Below are positions 56,103-64,000 of a stretch of DNA of 64,000 nucleotides, in pieces. This DNA is from Candidatus Aminicenantales bacterium (GTDB taxonomy: Bacteria; Acidobacteriota; Aminicenantia; Aminicenantales; UBA4085). Below the pieces are notes generated by a model. The model had not been told where the DNA came from and searched no databases. It saw only the letters and a program-made list of their open reading frames with translations. A program made the position numbers and the translations under genes. Every line of letters begins with the position of its first letter. The stretch's first letter is position 1. Location of the stretch: the NCBI GenBank assembly GCA_049515535.1, contig JBEKTZ010000009.1:62001-126000 (forward strand). The letters are read 5' to 3'.

Positions 56103-57587
56103 ATGGATGTCATCGAGAAGAAGAACCTCGAAGTCACGGTCGATAAACGTCATATCATTTCCATCGGCGAACATCTTTACGCTGAGAGCGTTGAACTGCT
56201 CCGCGAACTCGTCAATAACGCCTACGACGCCGATGCGACCGAGGTTCGGGTCGATATCGCGTCCGACCGGATTTCCGTCGGCGACAACGGCATCGGCATG
56301 GACGCCGATGGTCTCCGGCAATATTTCTGCATCGGATCGGACGAAAAAGTCATCCGCTCGGTCTCGCCGCGGTTCGGCCGCGAACGCATTGGGCAATTCG
56401 GCATCGGCAAGTTCGCCTCTCTCGCCGCGGCCATGCGCTTCGAGGTCATAACCCGCCGCGGCCCCTATGCCGCCCGCGTCATTTTCGATAAAAAGAATTG
56501 GGAGTCCTCGAAGGACATTTGGCAGCTCCCGCTCGAAATTCTTTCTCCGGATTCCGTCGGATGCGACGGCACGACGGTCATCCTCTCGGAGCTGACCAAG
56601 CCGTTCGATCTCGAAGAATCCGAAGCGACGATCAAAGACGGCGTGCCCCTCCGGGCGGCGAATTTCAGCGTTTATCTCAACGGCCGTCCCGTGCCGCCCC
56701 GGACCTTTTCCGGCCAGCGGATCCCGGTCCTCGAAGGCTGCCCGTTCGGCGTGGTCGCGGGCGAGATCGTCATCATTTCCAAGACGGCCGCTTCTCCCAA
56801 TGACCTGGGCATCGACGTCAAGGTCAAAGGCGTCACCGTTAAAAAGGAGCTCTTCGGCATGGAGACCTGGGGGCCGGCCGTAGCTCGGATCAAAGGGGAG
56901 ATCAACGCCAATTTCCTTCCCATCACTTCAGACCGCTCGAATTTCGTCACCGATTCCGAGGAATATCAGGAGTTCCTGAAAGCGATTCAGAATGTGGTTG
57001 GGATCATCGAAAAAAAGCTCGGCAAAGAGGCGGACCGCGGGGAAGACAAGCGCGCCGGAAGGGCGATCAAAGAAGCCCTCACCAGAATTCACCGGGCCCT
57101 GGCTTTAAATCCGGATTTTTCGCCGTTCGGGCCCATCCCCTACGGCGGGGAGAAAGGCATCGGCGGGGCGGCGGCGGAAAGCGGCGCCGCGAAGCCTAAT
57201 GAGGCGACGGTCGGCCCTGAGGCTGAGTCCGGCTCTCCTCCTAAACCGAAAATAGCTAAGCGCCGGAACCCGTTGGTCAAGAAGATCACTCCGAACGCCA
57301 TCGTCCGCCGGATCAAACTGGGTCAAAATGTCGTCTCGGTTTGTCTCGATTTCTTCGGCGAAGCCGGGCCGGAATGCTTTTCCGAGGGAAACGTCGTCTA
57401 TATCAACCGCGATCATCCCCTCTTCAAGCGGGAGTCCCAAAAACGGGCCGCGCAGACGATGTACGTCGCCCGCCTGCTCACCCAGGAGATCGCGATCATG
57501 ACGGAAACGAAGAGCCCGCGCCTGGCTTTCACCCGCCAGAGCAAACTCCTCAAGGACGCCTTCGCGGATTTTATAGAAAAGCCTTAA
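56103..57587 (+). CDS. GHKL (HATPase_c_3 / MORC-like) ATPase
   Basis: LLRELVNNAYDADA, DNGIGM, IGQFGIGK, GTTV; S5-like region (ITSDRSNF); C-terminal YINRDHPLF. Confidence 0.8.
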   Translation: MDVIEKKNLEVTVDKRHIISIGEHLYAESVELLRELVNNAYDADATEVRVDIASDRISVGDNGIGMDADGLRQYFCIGSDEKVIRSVSPRFGRERIGQFGIGKFASLAAAMRFEVITRRGPYAARVIFDKKNWESSKDIWQLPLEILSPDSVGCDGTTVILSELTKPFDLEESEATIKDGVPLRAANFSVYLNGRPVPPRTFSGQRIPVLEGCPFGVVAGEIVIISKTAASPNDLGIDVKVKGVTVKKELFGMETWGPAVARIKGEINANFLPITSDRSNFVTDSEEYQEFLKAIQNVVGIIEKKLGKEADRGEDKRAGRAIKEALTRIHRALALNPDFSPFGPIPYGGEKGIGGAAAESGAAKPNEATVGPEAESGSPPKPKIAKRRNPLVKKITPNAIVRRIKLGQNVVSVCLDFFGEAGPECFSEGNVVYINRDHPLFKRESQKRAAQTMYVARLLTQEIAIMTETKSPRLAFTRQSKLLKDAFADFIEKP

Positions 57588-57610
57588 GAAAAGACGATTG
57601 TCCCTCCAAC
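57564..57610 (+). repeat. 47-bp direct repeat, copy 2 (overlaps the ATPase stop codon)
   Basis: GCGGATTTTATAGAAAAGCCTTAAGAAAAGACGATTGTCCCTCCAAC. Confidence 0.75.
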
Positions 57611-57688
57611 TTTCATGACTCTTGACTCCACAATGACCGGGCGATATATTCGTGACCATAAATATCTTTTGGGATAAGGAGACTCGTC

Positions 57689-58528
57689 ATGAAAAAGTTC
57701 GCCTGCCTATCGTTCATCCTGGTCGGCCTGGGAGTCCTTGCGGCCGGAGCCGCATGGGCGCAGGAAACGGATGCGGAAGGGACCAAGGACCACCCCTTGC
57801 TCAGCCGGATGCCGGGATACTACATCTCCCGAGCTGAAAATAAGGATTTCGACGCGCACTCTTTCTGGATCGACGGGGACAAGCAGGTGGACGTGGAAGG
57901 GAAGAGCACGCACATTTTTTATGTTCTTCAGCCCAATGCCAAGGAGCCGAGCCGGCTGGAGATCCTCCGCCAGTACGAAAACGCCATCAAAAAGATCGGC
58001 GGAACCGTGTTGGTCCACGACCATGACGGCAGCTCCTATATGAAGCTCACCCAGGCAGGAAAAGAGATCTGGGTGCACGTCGACGCCTACATCACCTCTC
58101 AATATAACCTCTGGATCATCGAAAAGGCCGGCATGGAACAGCAGGTCGTGGCCGATGCCGCCGCGTTCTCCAACGACATTCGGACGACGGGCCACGCGGC
58201 CGTCTACGGCATCTATTTCGATTCCGGAAAATCGGCGATCAAGCCCGAATCCGAGCCCGCCCTGGCCGAGATCGCGAAGCTGCTGAAGAACGATGCCGCG
58301 CTCAAGCTGAACGTGGTCGGACATACCGATAACGACGGGACTCTCGAAATCAACATGAAACTGTCCGAGGCCCGGGCCGCGGCTGTCGTCCAGGCCCTCG
58401 TCGCCAAGTACGGCATCTCCTCCGCCCGCTTGAAAGCGTTCGGCGTCGGGCCCTTGGCGCCCGTAGCTTCGAACGACACACCGGACGGCAAAGCCATGAA
58501 CCGCCGGGTGGAGCTGGTCAAGCTATAG
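57689..58528 (+). CDS. OmpA-family peptidoglycan-binding protein
   Basis: Signal peptide; DHPLLSRMPG N-domain; IYFDSGK, VGHTD...N..LS..RA, NRRVEL. Confidence 0.88.
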   Translation: MKKFACLSFILVGLGVLAAGAAWAQETDAEGTKDHPLLSRMPGYYISRAENKDFDAHSFWIDGDKQVDVEGKSTHIFYVLQPNAKEPSRLEILRQYENAIKKIGGTVLVHDHDGSSYMKLTQAGKEIWVHVDAYITSQYNLWIIEKAGMEQQVVADAAAFSNDIRTTGHAAVYGIYFDSGKSAIKPESEPALAEIAKLLKNDAALKLNVVGHTDNDGTLEINMKLSEARAAAVVQALVAKYGISSARLKAFGVGPLAPVASNDTPDGKAMNRRVELVKL

Positions 58529-58634
58529 GGCCTGACCTATCAAGCTCACCCTCGCCCGATCGGCGTCCGATAAGAATTTCTTGAACGCGGCGGAGACCTT
58601 TCGTTGTTGAATCACAAAAACAAAAGGGAGTAGA

Positions 58635-59690
58635 ATGAGTTTTATGAATACGAAAAAAAACATTCTTTTTGCGGTTCTTTTGGTCCTTGGTCTGGTCGGT
58701 CTCGGCCTGGCGGCCGGCCAACAGGCGGCGGCCGGCGGCTACCATTTTCTTAAAAAGATCGTCGTCGGCGGAGAGGGCGGCTGGGATTATCTGGCTTTGG
58801 AAGGCCAATCCCGGCTTCTCTACCTTTCCCACGGCAACACGTTCGAAATCGTCAACGCCGATACGGGCGCCAAGCTTGACCCCATCGTCAACCTCAAGGG
58901 CGTTCACGGCGTCGCGTTCGCCCAAGAAAAAGGCCGGGGATATATCTCTAACGGCCGCGGCAACAGCGTCACCGTCTTCGATCTCAAGACGCGCCAGGTC
59001 ATAGAAGAAGTGGCTGTCGCCCCGGGCCAGAATCCCGACGCCATCCTGTATGACGCCTTCTCGGGCCGGGTGTTCACCTTCAACGGCCGGACGGCGAACG
59101 CGACGGCCATCGACGCGGCCACGGATAAGATCGTGGGAACCGTCGATATGGGCGGAAAGCCCGAATTCGCTCAGACCGACGGCAAAGGCACAATTTTCGT
59201 CAACAACGAAGACAAGAGCGAGATCGTCGCTTTCGATGCCAAGACGCTCGCGGTCAAAAAGAGATGGTCGATCGCGCCCGGCGACGGCCCGAGCGGGCTG
59301 GCCATCGATCTGAAAAACAAGCGCCTGTTCAGCGTCTGCGACAAGGTGATGGTCGTCTCCGATTTCGAGAACGGCAAGGTCGTCACAACCGTGCCGATCG
59401 GCTCCGGTCCCGACGCGGTCCGCTACGACGCGGGGACCGGCCTGGTGTTCGCCTCGAACGGCGAAGGAACGCTGACGGTCGTCCGCCAGGAATCGGCCGA
59501 CAAATACACCGTTCTCGAAACCGTTCCGACGGCGCGCGGGGCGCGGACGATGGAACTCGATCCCAAAACGCACAACGTCTTCGTCGTGACCGCGGAATAC
59601 GGGCCGGCGCCGGCTCCCACCAAAGACAAACCCAATCCCCGGCCGGCCGCAGTCCCGGGATCGTTCTGCGTTCTCGTTTTCGGAAGATAA
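58635..59690 (+). CDS. YncE/YVTN-like beta-propeller protein
   Basis: Signal peptide; GGWDYL, GVHGVA, NPDAILYD, GPSGLAID, GARTMELD. Confidence 0.82.
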   Translation: MSFMNTKKNILFAVLLVLGLVGLGLAAGQQAAAGGYHFLKKIVVGGEGGWDYLALEGQSRLLYLSHGNTFEIVNADTGAKLDPIVNLKGVHGVAFAQEKGRGYISNGRGNSVTVFDLKTRQVIEEVAVAPGQNPDAILYDAFSGRVFTFNGRTANATAIDAATDKIVGTVDMGGKPEFAQTDGKGTIFVNNEDKSEIVAFDAKTLAVKKRWSIAPGDGPSGLAIDLKNKRLFSVCDKVMVVSDFENGKVVTTVPIGSGPDAVRYDAGTGLVFASNGEGTLTVVRQESADKYTVLETVPTARGARTMELDPKTHNVFVVTAEYGPAPAPTKDKPNPRPAAVPGSFCVLVFGR

Positions 59691-59834
59691 ATCGAAGCGG
59701 ACGGGCGGCGTCTTTTTCCGGCAGCGAAGAGCGCCGCCCTTGATCTATCGCCTATCTCCGATCGCCGCCGCTTGAGCTCGGATGAGCCAGAAAACAAGAG
59801 CGATGTTATTCGGGGTTTTATGCGGGTTTCACGA

Positions 59835-60257
59835 TCAATACAATCCCGTCGAGCCGAAGCCGTCCTCGCCGCGCGAAGTGTCATCGAGATCCCGGGTCTC
59901 GACGACCTCGATTTCGTTGACGGGCTGGATGAGCATCTGGGCGATTTTCATCCCTTTTTTAACGGCATACGGCTCGCGGCCCAGATTGATCATGACCACA
60001 TGGACCTCGCCCCTATAGCCGGCATCCACGACGCCCGCCAGCTTGTGGACGCCCTTGAGCGAAATGCCGCTTTTATCCCAGATGAGGCCGACGTGGCCCG
60101 GGGGGACGGCCACCTTGATTCCGGTCGGGACGGCCTTCACTTCGCCGGCCGCGAGCACGTCATCCGCGCAGGAGAAAAGATCGAGTCCGGCATCTCCCTT
60201 GTGCCCGTATAATGGAAGCTTCGCCTCGGGATGGATTTTTATGACCTTGAGTTCCAT
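59835..60257 (-). CDS. dut: dUTP diphosphatase
   Basis: DAGLDL, KSG, AGVVDAGYRGE, IAQM, RGEDGFGSTG; AAGGAG RBS. Confidence 0.93.
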   Translation of the reverse strand: MELKVIKIHPEAKLPLYGHKGDAGLDLFSCADDVLAAGEVKAVPTGIKVAVPPGHVGLIWDKSGISLKGVHKLAGVVDAGYRGEVHVVMINLGREPYAVKKGMKIAQMLIQPVNEIEVVETRDLDDTSRGEDGFGSTGLY

Positions 60258-60259
60258 GG

Positions 60260-60958
60260 TTAAGCTCCTTCGATGCGCACTTCGGAAAAGAAAGGCCGGG
60301 CGCTGTCCGCCATCTTCTGGATCTCGTTCGGGCCGAACGGCTTGATCGTTCCAAATGCCGGGTCGAGCGTATTCACGGGGGAGAAGGACTGGATTTGGAA
60401 GATCCCCGACCCGCCGAGCCACTTTGAAATCTTCAAAATATCGTCCTCGCCGACGAGTCCGGGAACGACCGTGGACCTGAACATATAACCAAGACCGGAA
60501 TTCCTGATGAGCCGGGCGCTGCGCGCGACGGCATCGGGATCGACCTTCGACCGGGTGACCTCGGCGTATCGCTCGAGCGGCGCTTTGACGTCCATGGCCA
60601 CCCAGTCCACGAGCTTAGCTTCGATGATCTCTCCGAGCCGATCGGGAAACGAGCCGTTGGTGTCGATTTTCACGAGCAGATGCCGCCCTTTGATGACGGC
60701 CAACAGCTCGCCGAGCCCGGGATCCAGGAGAGGCTCTCCGCCCGAGACGCAAATCCCCTCGAGCCAGCCTTTTCGGGCATCGAGATAAGCCAGAAAAAAA
60801 TCCAAGGGAATATCGGCCAGGACCTCGGGCCGGAGGACGAGATCGGCGTTATGGCAGTACGGGCAGCGGAAGTTGCACCCCGCCAGGAACACGGTCGATG
60901 AGATGAAGCCGGGGAAATCCTTCGGGGCGAATTTTTCTAGCCCCTTGATCGCAACCAC
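60260..60958 (-). CDS. nrdG: anaerobic ribonucleotide reductase activating enzyme
   Basis: DFPG...VFLAGCNFRCPYCHN, SGGEP, KIDTNGS, AMDVKAP; in the nrdD operon. Confidence 0.9.
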   Translation of the reverse strand: MVAIKGLEKFAPKDFPGFISSTVFLAGCNFRCPYCHNADLVLRPEVLADIPLDFFLAYLDARKGWLEGICVSGGEPLLDPGLGELLAVIKGRHLLVKIDTNGSFPDRLGEIIEAKLVDWVAMDVKAPLERYAEVTRSKVDPDAVARSARLIRNSGLGYMFRSTVVPGLVGEDDILKISKWLGGSGIFQIQSFSPVNTLDPAFGTIKPFGPNEIQKMADSARPFFSEVRIEGA

Positions 60959-61209
60959 TCTTCGAGCTCCTGCCGCGTGTTCACGACGGCAGCGACCGCC
61001 CCATCCTCATGGAGAACGAGCGTCGGGAGGATGATCGCGCCCTTGTCGTCGCGCTTGATATGCCGCAAAAATTCGCGGATCTTCAGCCGGCCGTCCCTCT
61101 CCTCGACCTTATACTCGCGGGCCGGGATGGACCTCTCTCCGAGATAAGCTTTGAGGTCCTCGCATTTCAGGCAATTCGGATAAGTGAAAAGCAGGTATTC
61201 GATGGCCAT
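60937..61209 (-). CDS. glutaredoxin/NrdH-like redoxin
   Basis: LFTYPNCLKC and cis-Pro motif ILPTLV; between nrdD and nrdG. Confidence 0.7.
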   Translation of the reverse strand: MAIEYLLFTYPNCLKCEDLKAYLGERSIPAREYKVEERDGRLKIREFLRHIKRDDKGAIILPTLVLHEDGAVAAVVNTRQELEEWLRSRG

Positions 61210-61212
61210 GCG

Positions 61213-63288
61213 TCATTGGATCGCCGTGTAGGGCGTCCGGTCCTTGAATTCCTGCCGCTTGCCGTCGTTCCAGGTCCGGACGGGTCGGAGGTAACCCACG
61301 ATCCGCGAATAGACTTCGGTTTGCCCTCCGCATTCGGGACAGGCGGCTTGCTGGCCCTTGAGATAGCCGTGGCCGGCGCAGATGCTGAACGTCGGCGTGA
61401 TGCTGAAATACGGGATCTTGGTCAGGGAGATCTTTTGGACGAGCTTCCGGCAAGTGACGGCGTCGATGGCTTCGGGCAGGAAGGAGTGGAAGATCGTGCC
61501 TCCCGTATAAAGGTTCTGGATGGCTTCCTGGTGCTGCAGGGCTTCGAAGATGTCGCGCGTCGCGTCCACGTTGAGCTGCGTCGAGTTGGTCAGGTAGGGG
61601 TACTTTTCCGTTCCCGCGGTGATGATGTTGTGATATTTCTGCCGATCGAGTCGGGCCAGCCGGTAGGACGTCGATTCGGCCGGCGTCGCTTCGAGGTTGT
61701 AGAGGTTGCCCGTCTCTTCTTGGTATTCGCGCAGGGCTCCGCGCATAAACATCAGCACGTCGATCGAGAACTCCTTGCCCTCCGGCGTGCCGATGCCCTT
61801 GCCCAGCAGATTGAGGCAGGCTTCATGCATGCCGCAGATGCCGATCGTCGAAAAATGGTTGTTGAAATGGCCGAGATAAACCTGCGTATAAGGCATGATC
61901 CCCCTGGCCAGCATATTGTTGATGATCTCGCGCTTTGTTTCGAGCGACTCCTTGGCCATGTCCATGAGTTCCCTGAGACGGGTCTTGAATTCCTCGGGGG
62001 TCTTGCTCGTATATCCGATCCGGTTCATGTTGATGGTGACGACGCCGATCGAGCCGGTCGAATCGCCGGGGCCCCAGATGTTGCCGGGCCGGCGCATGAG
62101 CTCGCGCTGGTCGAGGTTCAGCCGGCAGCACATGGCCCGGATGTCGCCGGGGTTCATGTCCGTGCCGATGTAGTTCTGGAAATAAGGGATGCCGTATTTG
62201 GCCGTGGCCTCGAAGAGAAGCCGGGCGTTCGGCGAATCCCAATCAAAGTCTTTGGTCAGATTGTAGGTCGGGATGGGAAACGTGAAGACGCGGCCCTGGT
62301 GGTCGCCTTCGACCATGAGCTCGAGAAAGGCTTTGTTGAACATGTCCACTTCGGCCTGGTAGTCGCCGTAGCAGGAATCGAGCTCCTTGCCGCCGACAAC
62401 GGCCTTTTTGTTCTTCATGTCGTCGGGAATGGTCCAGTCGAACGTCAGGTTGGAGAAGGGCGTTTGCCAGCCCCAGCGGGAAGGCACGTTGAGCCCGAAA
62501 ATGAGTTTTTGGACGTCCTGTTTCACATGGTCATAATCCAGCTTGTCGTGACGGATGAACGGCGCGAGCAGTGTGTCGACGCTCGAGAACGCTTGGGCTC
62601 CGGCGAACTCGCCCTGCATCGTGCCGATGTAATTCACCATGTGGAGGGTGGCCGTTTCCAGATGCTTGGCCGGCGCGGAGTGGACCTGGTTGGGGACATG
62701 ACCGAATCCCTTGCGGAGAAGATTTTCGAGCGACCAGCCGGCGCAATAGCCGACGATGGGATAGGACAGGTCATGAAGATGGAAGTCTCCTTCCAAATGG
62801 GCCTGCTTGACGCGTTCCGAATAAATCTGGTTCAAGGCGAAATGGGACAGCACCTCGCCCGAAACGCGCGCGTTCAGCCCGGAAAAGCTCATCACGCCTT
62901 CGTTGCTGTTCTCGCGGATCTTCCAGTCAACGTCGTTGATATAGTCATTGATCAGGCGTTCGAGGTTGACGCCCGTCTTTTTAGCTTCGCGGATCTCCTT
63001 GTGCCGCTCGCGGTAGAGGATATAGTTCTTGGCCACTTCGTGATAGCCGCGCCGCATGAGGACCATTTCGACGATGTCCTGGATCTGCTCGACCGAGGGA
63101 ATGGTGTATCCGCCGAATTTTTCTTCGAGCATATAGGTGACGATGTCCGAGATCGTCTTGGCATTGCCGTTTTCCGCGACGCCTTGGGCCCCCATGGCCT
63201 TGCTGATGGCGTTCGTGATCTTGTCCTGCGTGAAATCCGTGACCGTTCCATCGCGCTTTTTGATCCGAGCCACGATCTTTGAATTCAT
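61213..63288 (-). CDS. nrdD: class III (anaerobic) ribonucleoside-triphosphate reductase with ATP cone
   Basis: IKKRDG ATP cone; HLHDL..GYCAGW; MCCRL; EATPAE; C..HG...CPEC; YSRIVGYLRP glycyl-radical motif. Confidence 0.95.
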   Translation of the reverse strand: MNSKIVARIKKRDGTVTDFTQDKITNAISKAMGAQGVAENGNAKTISDIVTYMLEEKFGGYTIPSVEQIQDIVEMVLMRRGYHEVAKNYILYRERHKEIREAKKTGVNLERLINDYINDVDWKIRENSNEGVMSFSGLNARVSGEVLSHFALNQIYSERVKQAHLEGDFHLHDLSYPIVGYCAGWSLENLLRKGFGHVPNQVHSAPAKHLETATLHMVNYIGTMQGEFAGAQAFSSVDTLLAPFIRHDKLDYDHVKQDVQKLIFGLNVPSRWGWQTPFSNLTFDWTIPDDMKNKKAVVGGKELDSCYGDYQAEVDMFNKAFLELMVEGDHQGRVFTFPIPTYNLTKDFDWDSPNARLLFEATAKYGIPYFQNYIGTDMNPGDIRAMCCRLNLDQRELMRRPGNIWGPGDSTGSIGVVTINMNRIGYTSKTPEEFKTRLRELMDMAKESLETKREIINNMLARGIMPYTQVYLGHFNNHFSTIGICGMHEACLNLLGKGIGTPEGKEFSIDVLMFMRGALREYQEETGNLYNLEATPAESTSYRLARLDRQKYHNIITAGTEKYPYLTNSTQLNVDATRDIFEALQHQEAIQNLYTGGTIFHSFLPEAIDAVTCRKLVQKISLTKIPYFSITPTFSICAGHGYLKGQQAACPECGGQTEVYSRIVGYLRPVRTWNDGKRQEFKDRTPYTAIQ

Positions 63289-63354
63289 CTCTCTCTTCTC
63301 CTTCCCTTTCGAACGACGCCAACGAAGCTCAAAAGATCAAAAAACCGGTCGGCC

Positions 63355-63402
63355 TGCCTATATCTTGTGGAATGAAACGACTATAAATACAACATCTTGT
63401 AT
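63355..63402. promoter_or_regulatory. tandem NrdR boxes
   Basis: Minus strand ATACAAGATGTTGTAT (63387-63402) and CCACAAGATATAGGCA (63355-63370), 32 bp apart, fitting acaCwAtATaTwGtgt. Confidence 0.75.
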
Positions 63403-63490
63403 TTACGAATAGGAATTTATACTCAAATTTCGGCCCTGTCAAGCGTTTTTTAGAAAAAAAATCGCGGTGATAAATTCAGATGAACGGGGC

Positions 63491-64000
63491 TCAAGCCCCC
63501 AGGCCAAACTTCGCCAGCTCGGCTCCGAGGTCCGTTCCCGGAGCATAAAGAACGCCCTTGATTCCCAGCCGCTCCGCGCCCTCGACATTGGCCCGGATGT
63601 CGTCGATGAAAAGTGTGTTCTCGGGCCGCGAGCCGGTCAACCGCAACGCCTCCCAATAGATGCGCGGATCGGGTTTCATGACCCCCAATCGGAACGAAAG
63701 CACATAGGCGTCGAAGAAGCGCAGTTCCGGAAACCGGCGTTCGATATAGGAATAACGCATCACGTCGCAGTTCGAAAGCAGAGCGAGCTTGGCGCCCGGT
63801 TTCAGCCTCCGGACGGCGTCCAGGGCCGGCCCATTGATCGTGAAGACATCGTTGTACGCGGCGTAGAATTCGTCGAAGCCGATCCGGGCGTCGAGGGCCG
63901 CGGCGGCCCTTGCGTGGAATTCCTCCGGCGAAATCATTCCCTTGTCGAAAAGCCCGAGCAGTTCCGTGTTGTGGTGCGTCACCGCCCGGATGACCTCGAC
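63491..64000 (-). CDS. HAD-family phosphatase (5' end outside window)
   Basis: LALLSN, MKPDPRIY, LFIDD...NVEGA. Confidence 0.85.
   Translation of the reverse strand, partial: VEVIRAVTHHNTELLGLFDKGMISPEEFHARAAAALDARIGFDEFYAAYNDVFTINGPALDAVRRLKPGAKLALLSNCDVMRYSYIERRFPELRFFDAYVLSFRLGVMKPDPRIYWEALRLTGSRPENTLFIDDIRANVEGAERLGIKGVLYAPGTDLGAELAKFGLGA

Noticed and set aside
1..64000. CRISPR array, tRNA, rRNA, retron or DGR
   Set aside because: No regularly spaced repeats, cloverleaf, rRNA-like segment or reverse transcriptase motif was seen by eye; a formal scan was not possible.

Overview
GC-rich bacterial chromosome segment, probably from an anaerobic diderm (class III RNR, membrane pyrophosphatase, OmpA protein, many secreted peptidases). 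Core content: pdxJ, M20/M14/M28 peptidases, a DUF6305/TRAP-like permease/deacylase set, a poly-gamma-glutamate operon (pgsBCW), hppA, a VPS10/BNR propeller protein, a B12 radical SAM gene with a MerR regulator, an ECF sigma/anti-sigma pair, a sigma54 two-component locus with three -24/-12 promoters, and nrdD-redoxin-nrdG-dut under tandem NrdR boxes. There are two accessory regions. The first (~16.7-19.8 kb) holds a Panacea-type toxin-antitoxin pair, an hsdM remnant and REP-like hairpins. The second is a defence-like island (~43.7-57.6 kb). It contains a 4.1-kb IS1-family cargo transposon (17-bp TIRs, 8-bp TSD) whose transposase is interrupted by a 607-bp IS200 with a nonsense-mutated tnpA. It also contains a Clp-fold protease plus a coupled 58-aa ORF, a type I R-M system, HEPN/MNT, and a GHKL ATPase bracketed by 47-bp direct repeats. 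No CRISPR array, tRNA or rRNA was seen. All family calls come from motif recognition by eye; no database search was run.
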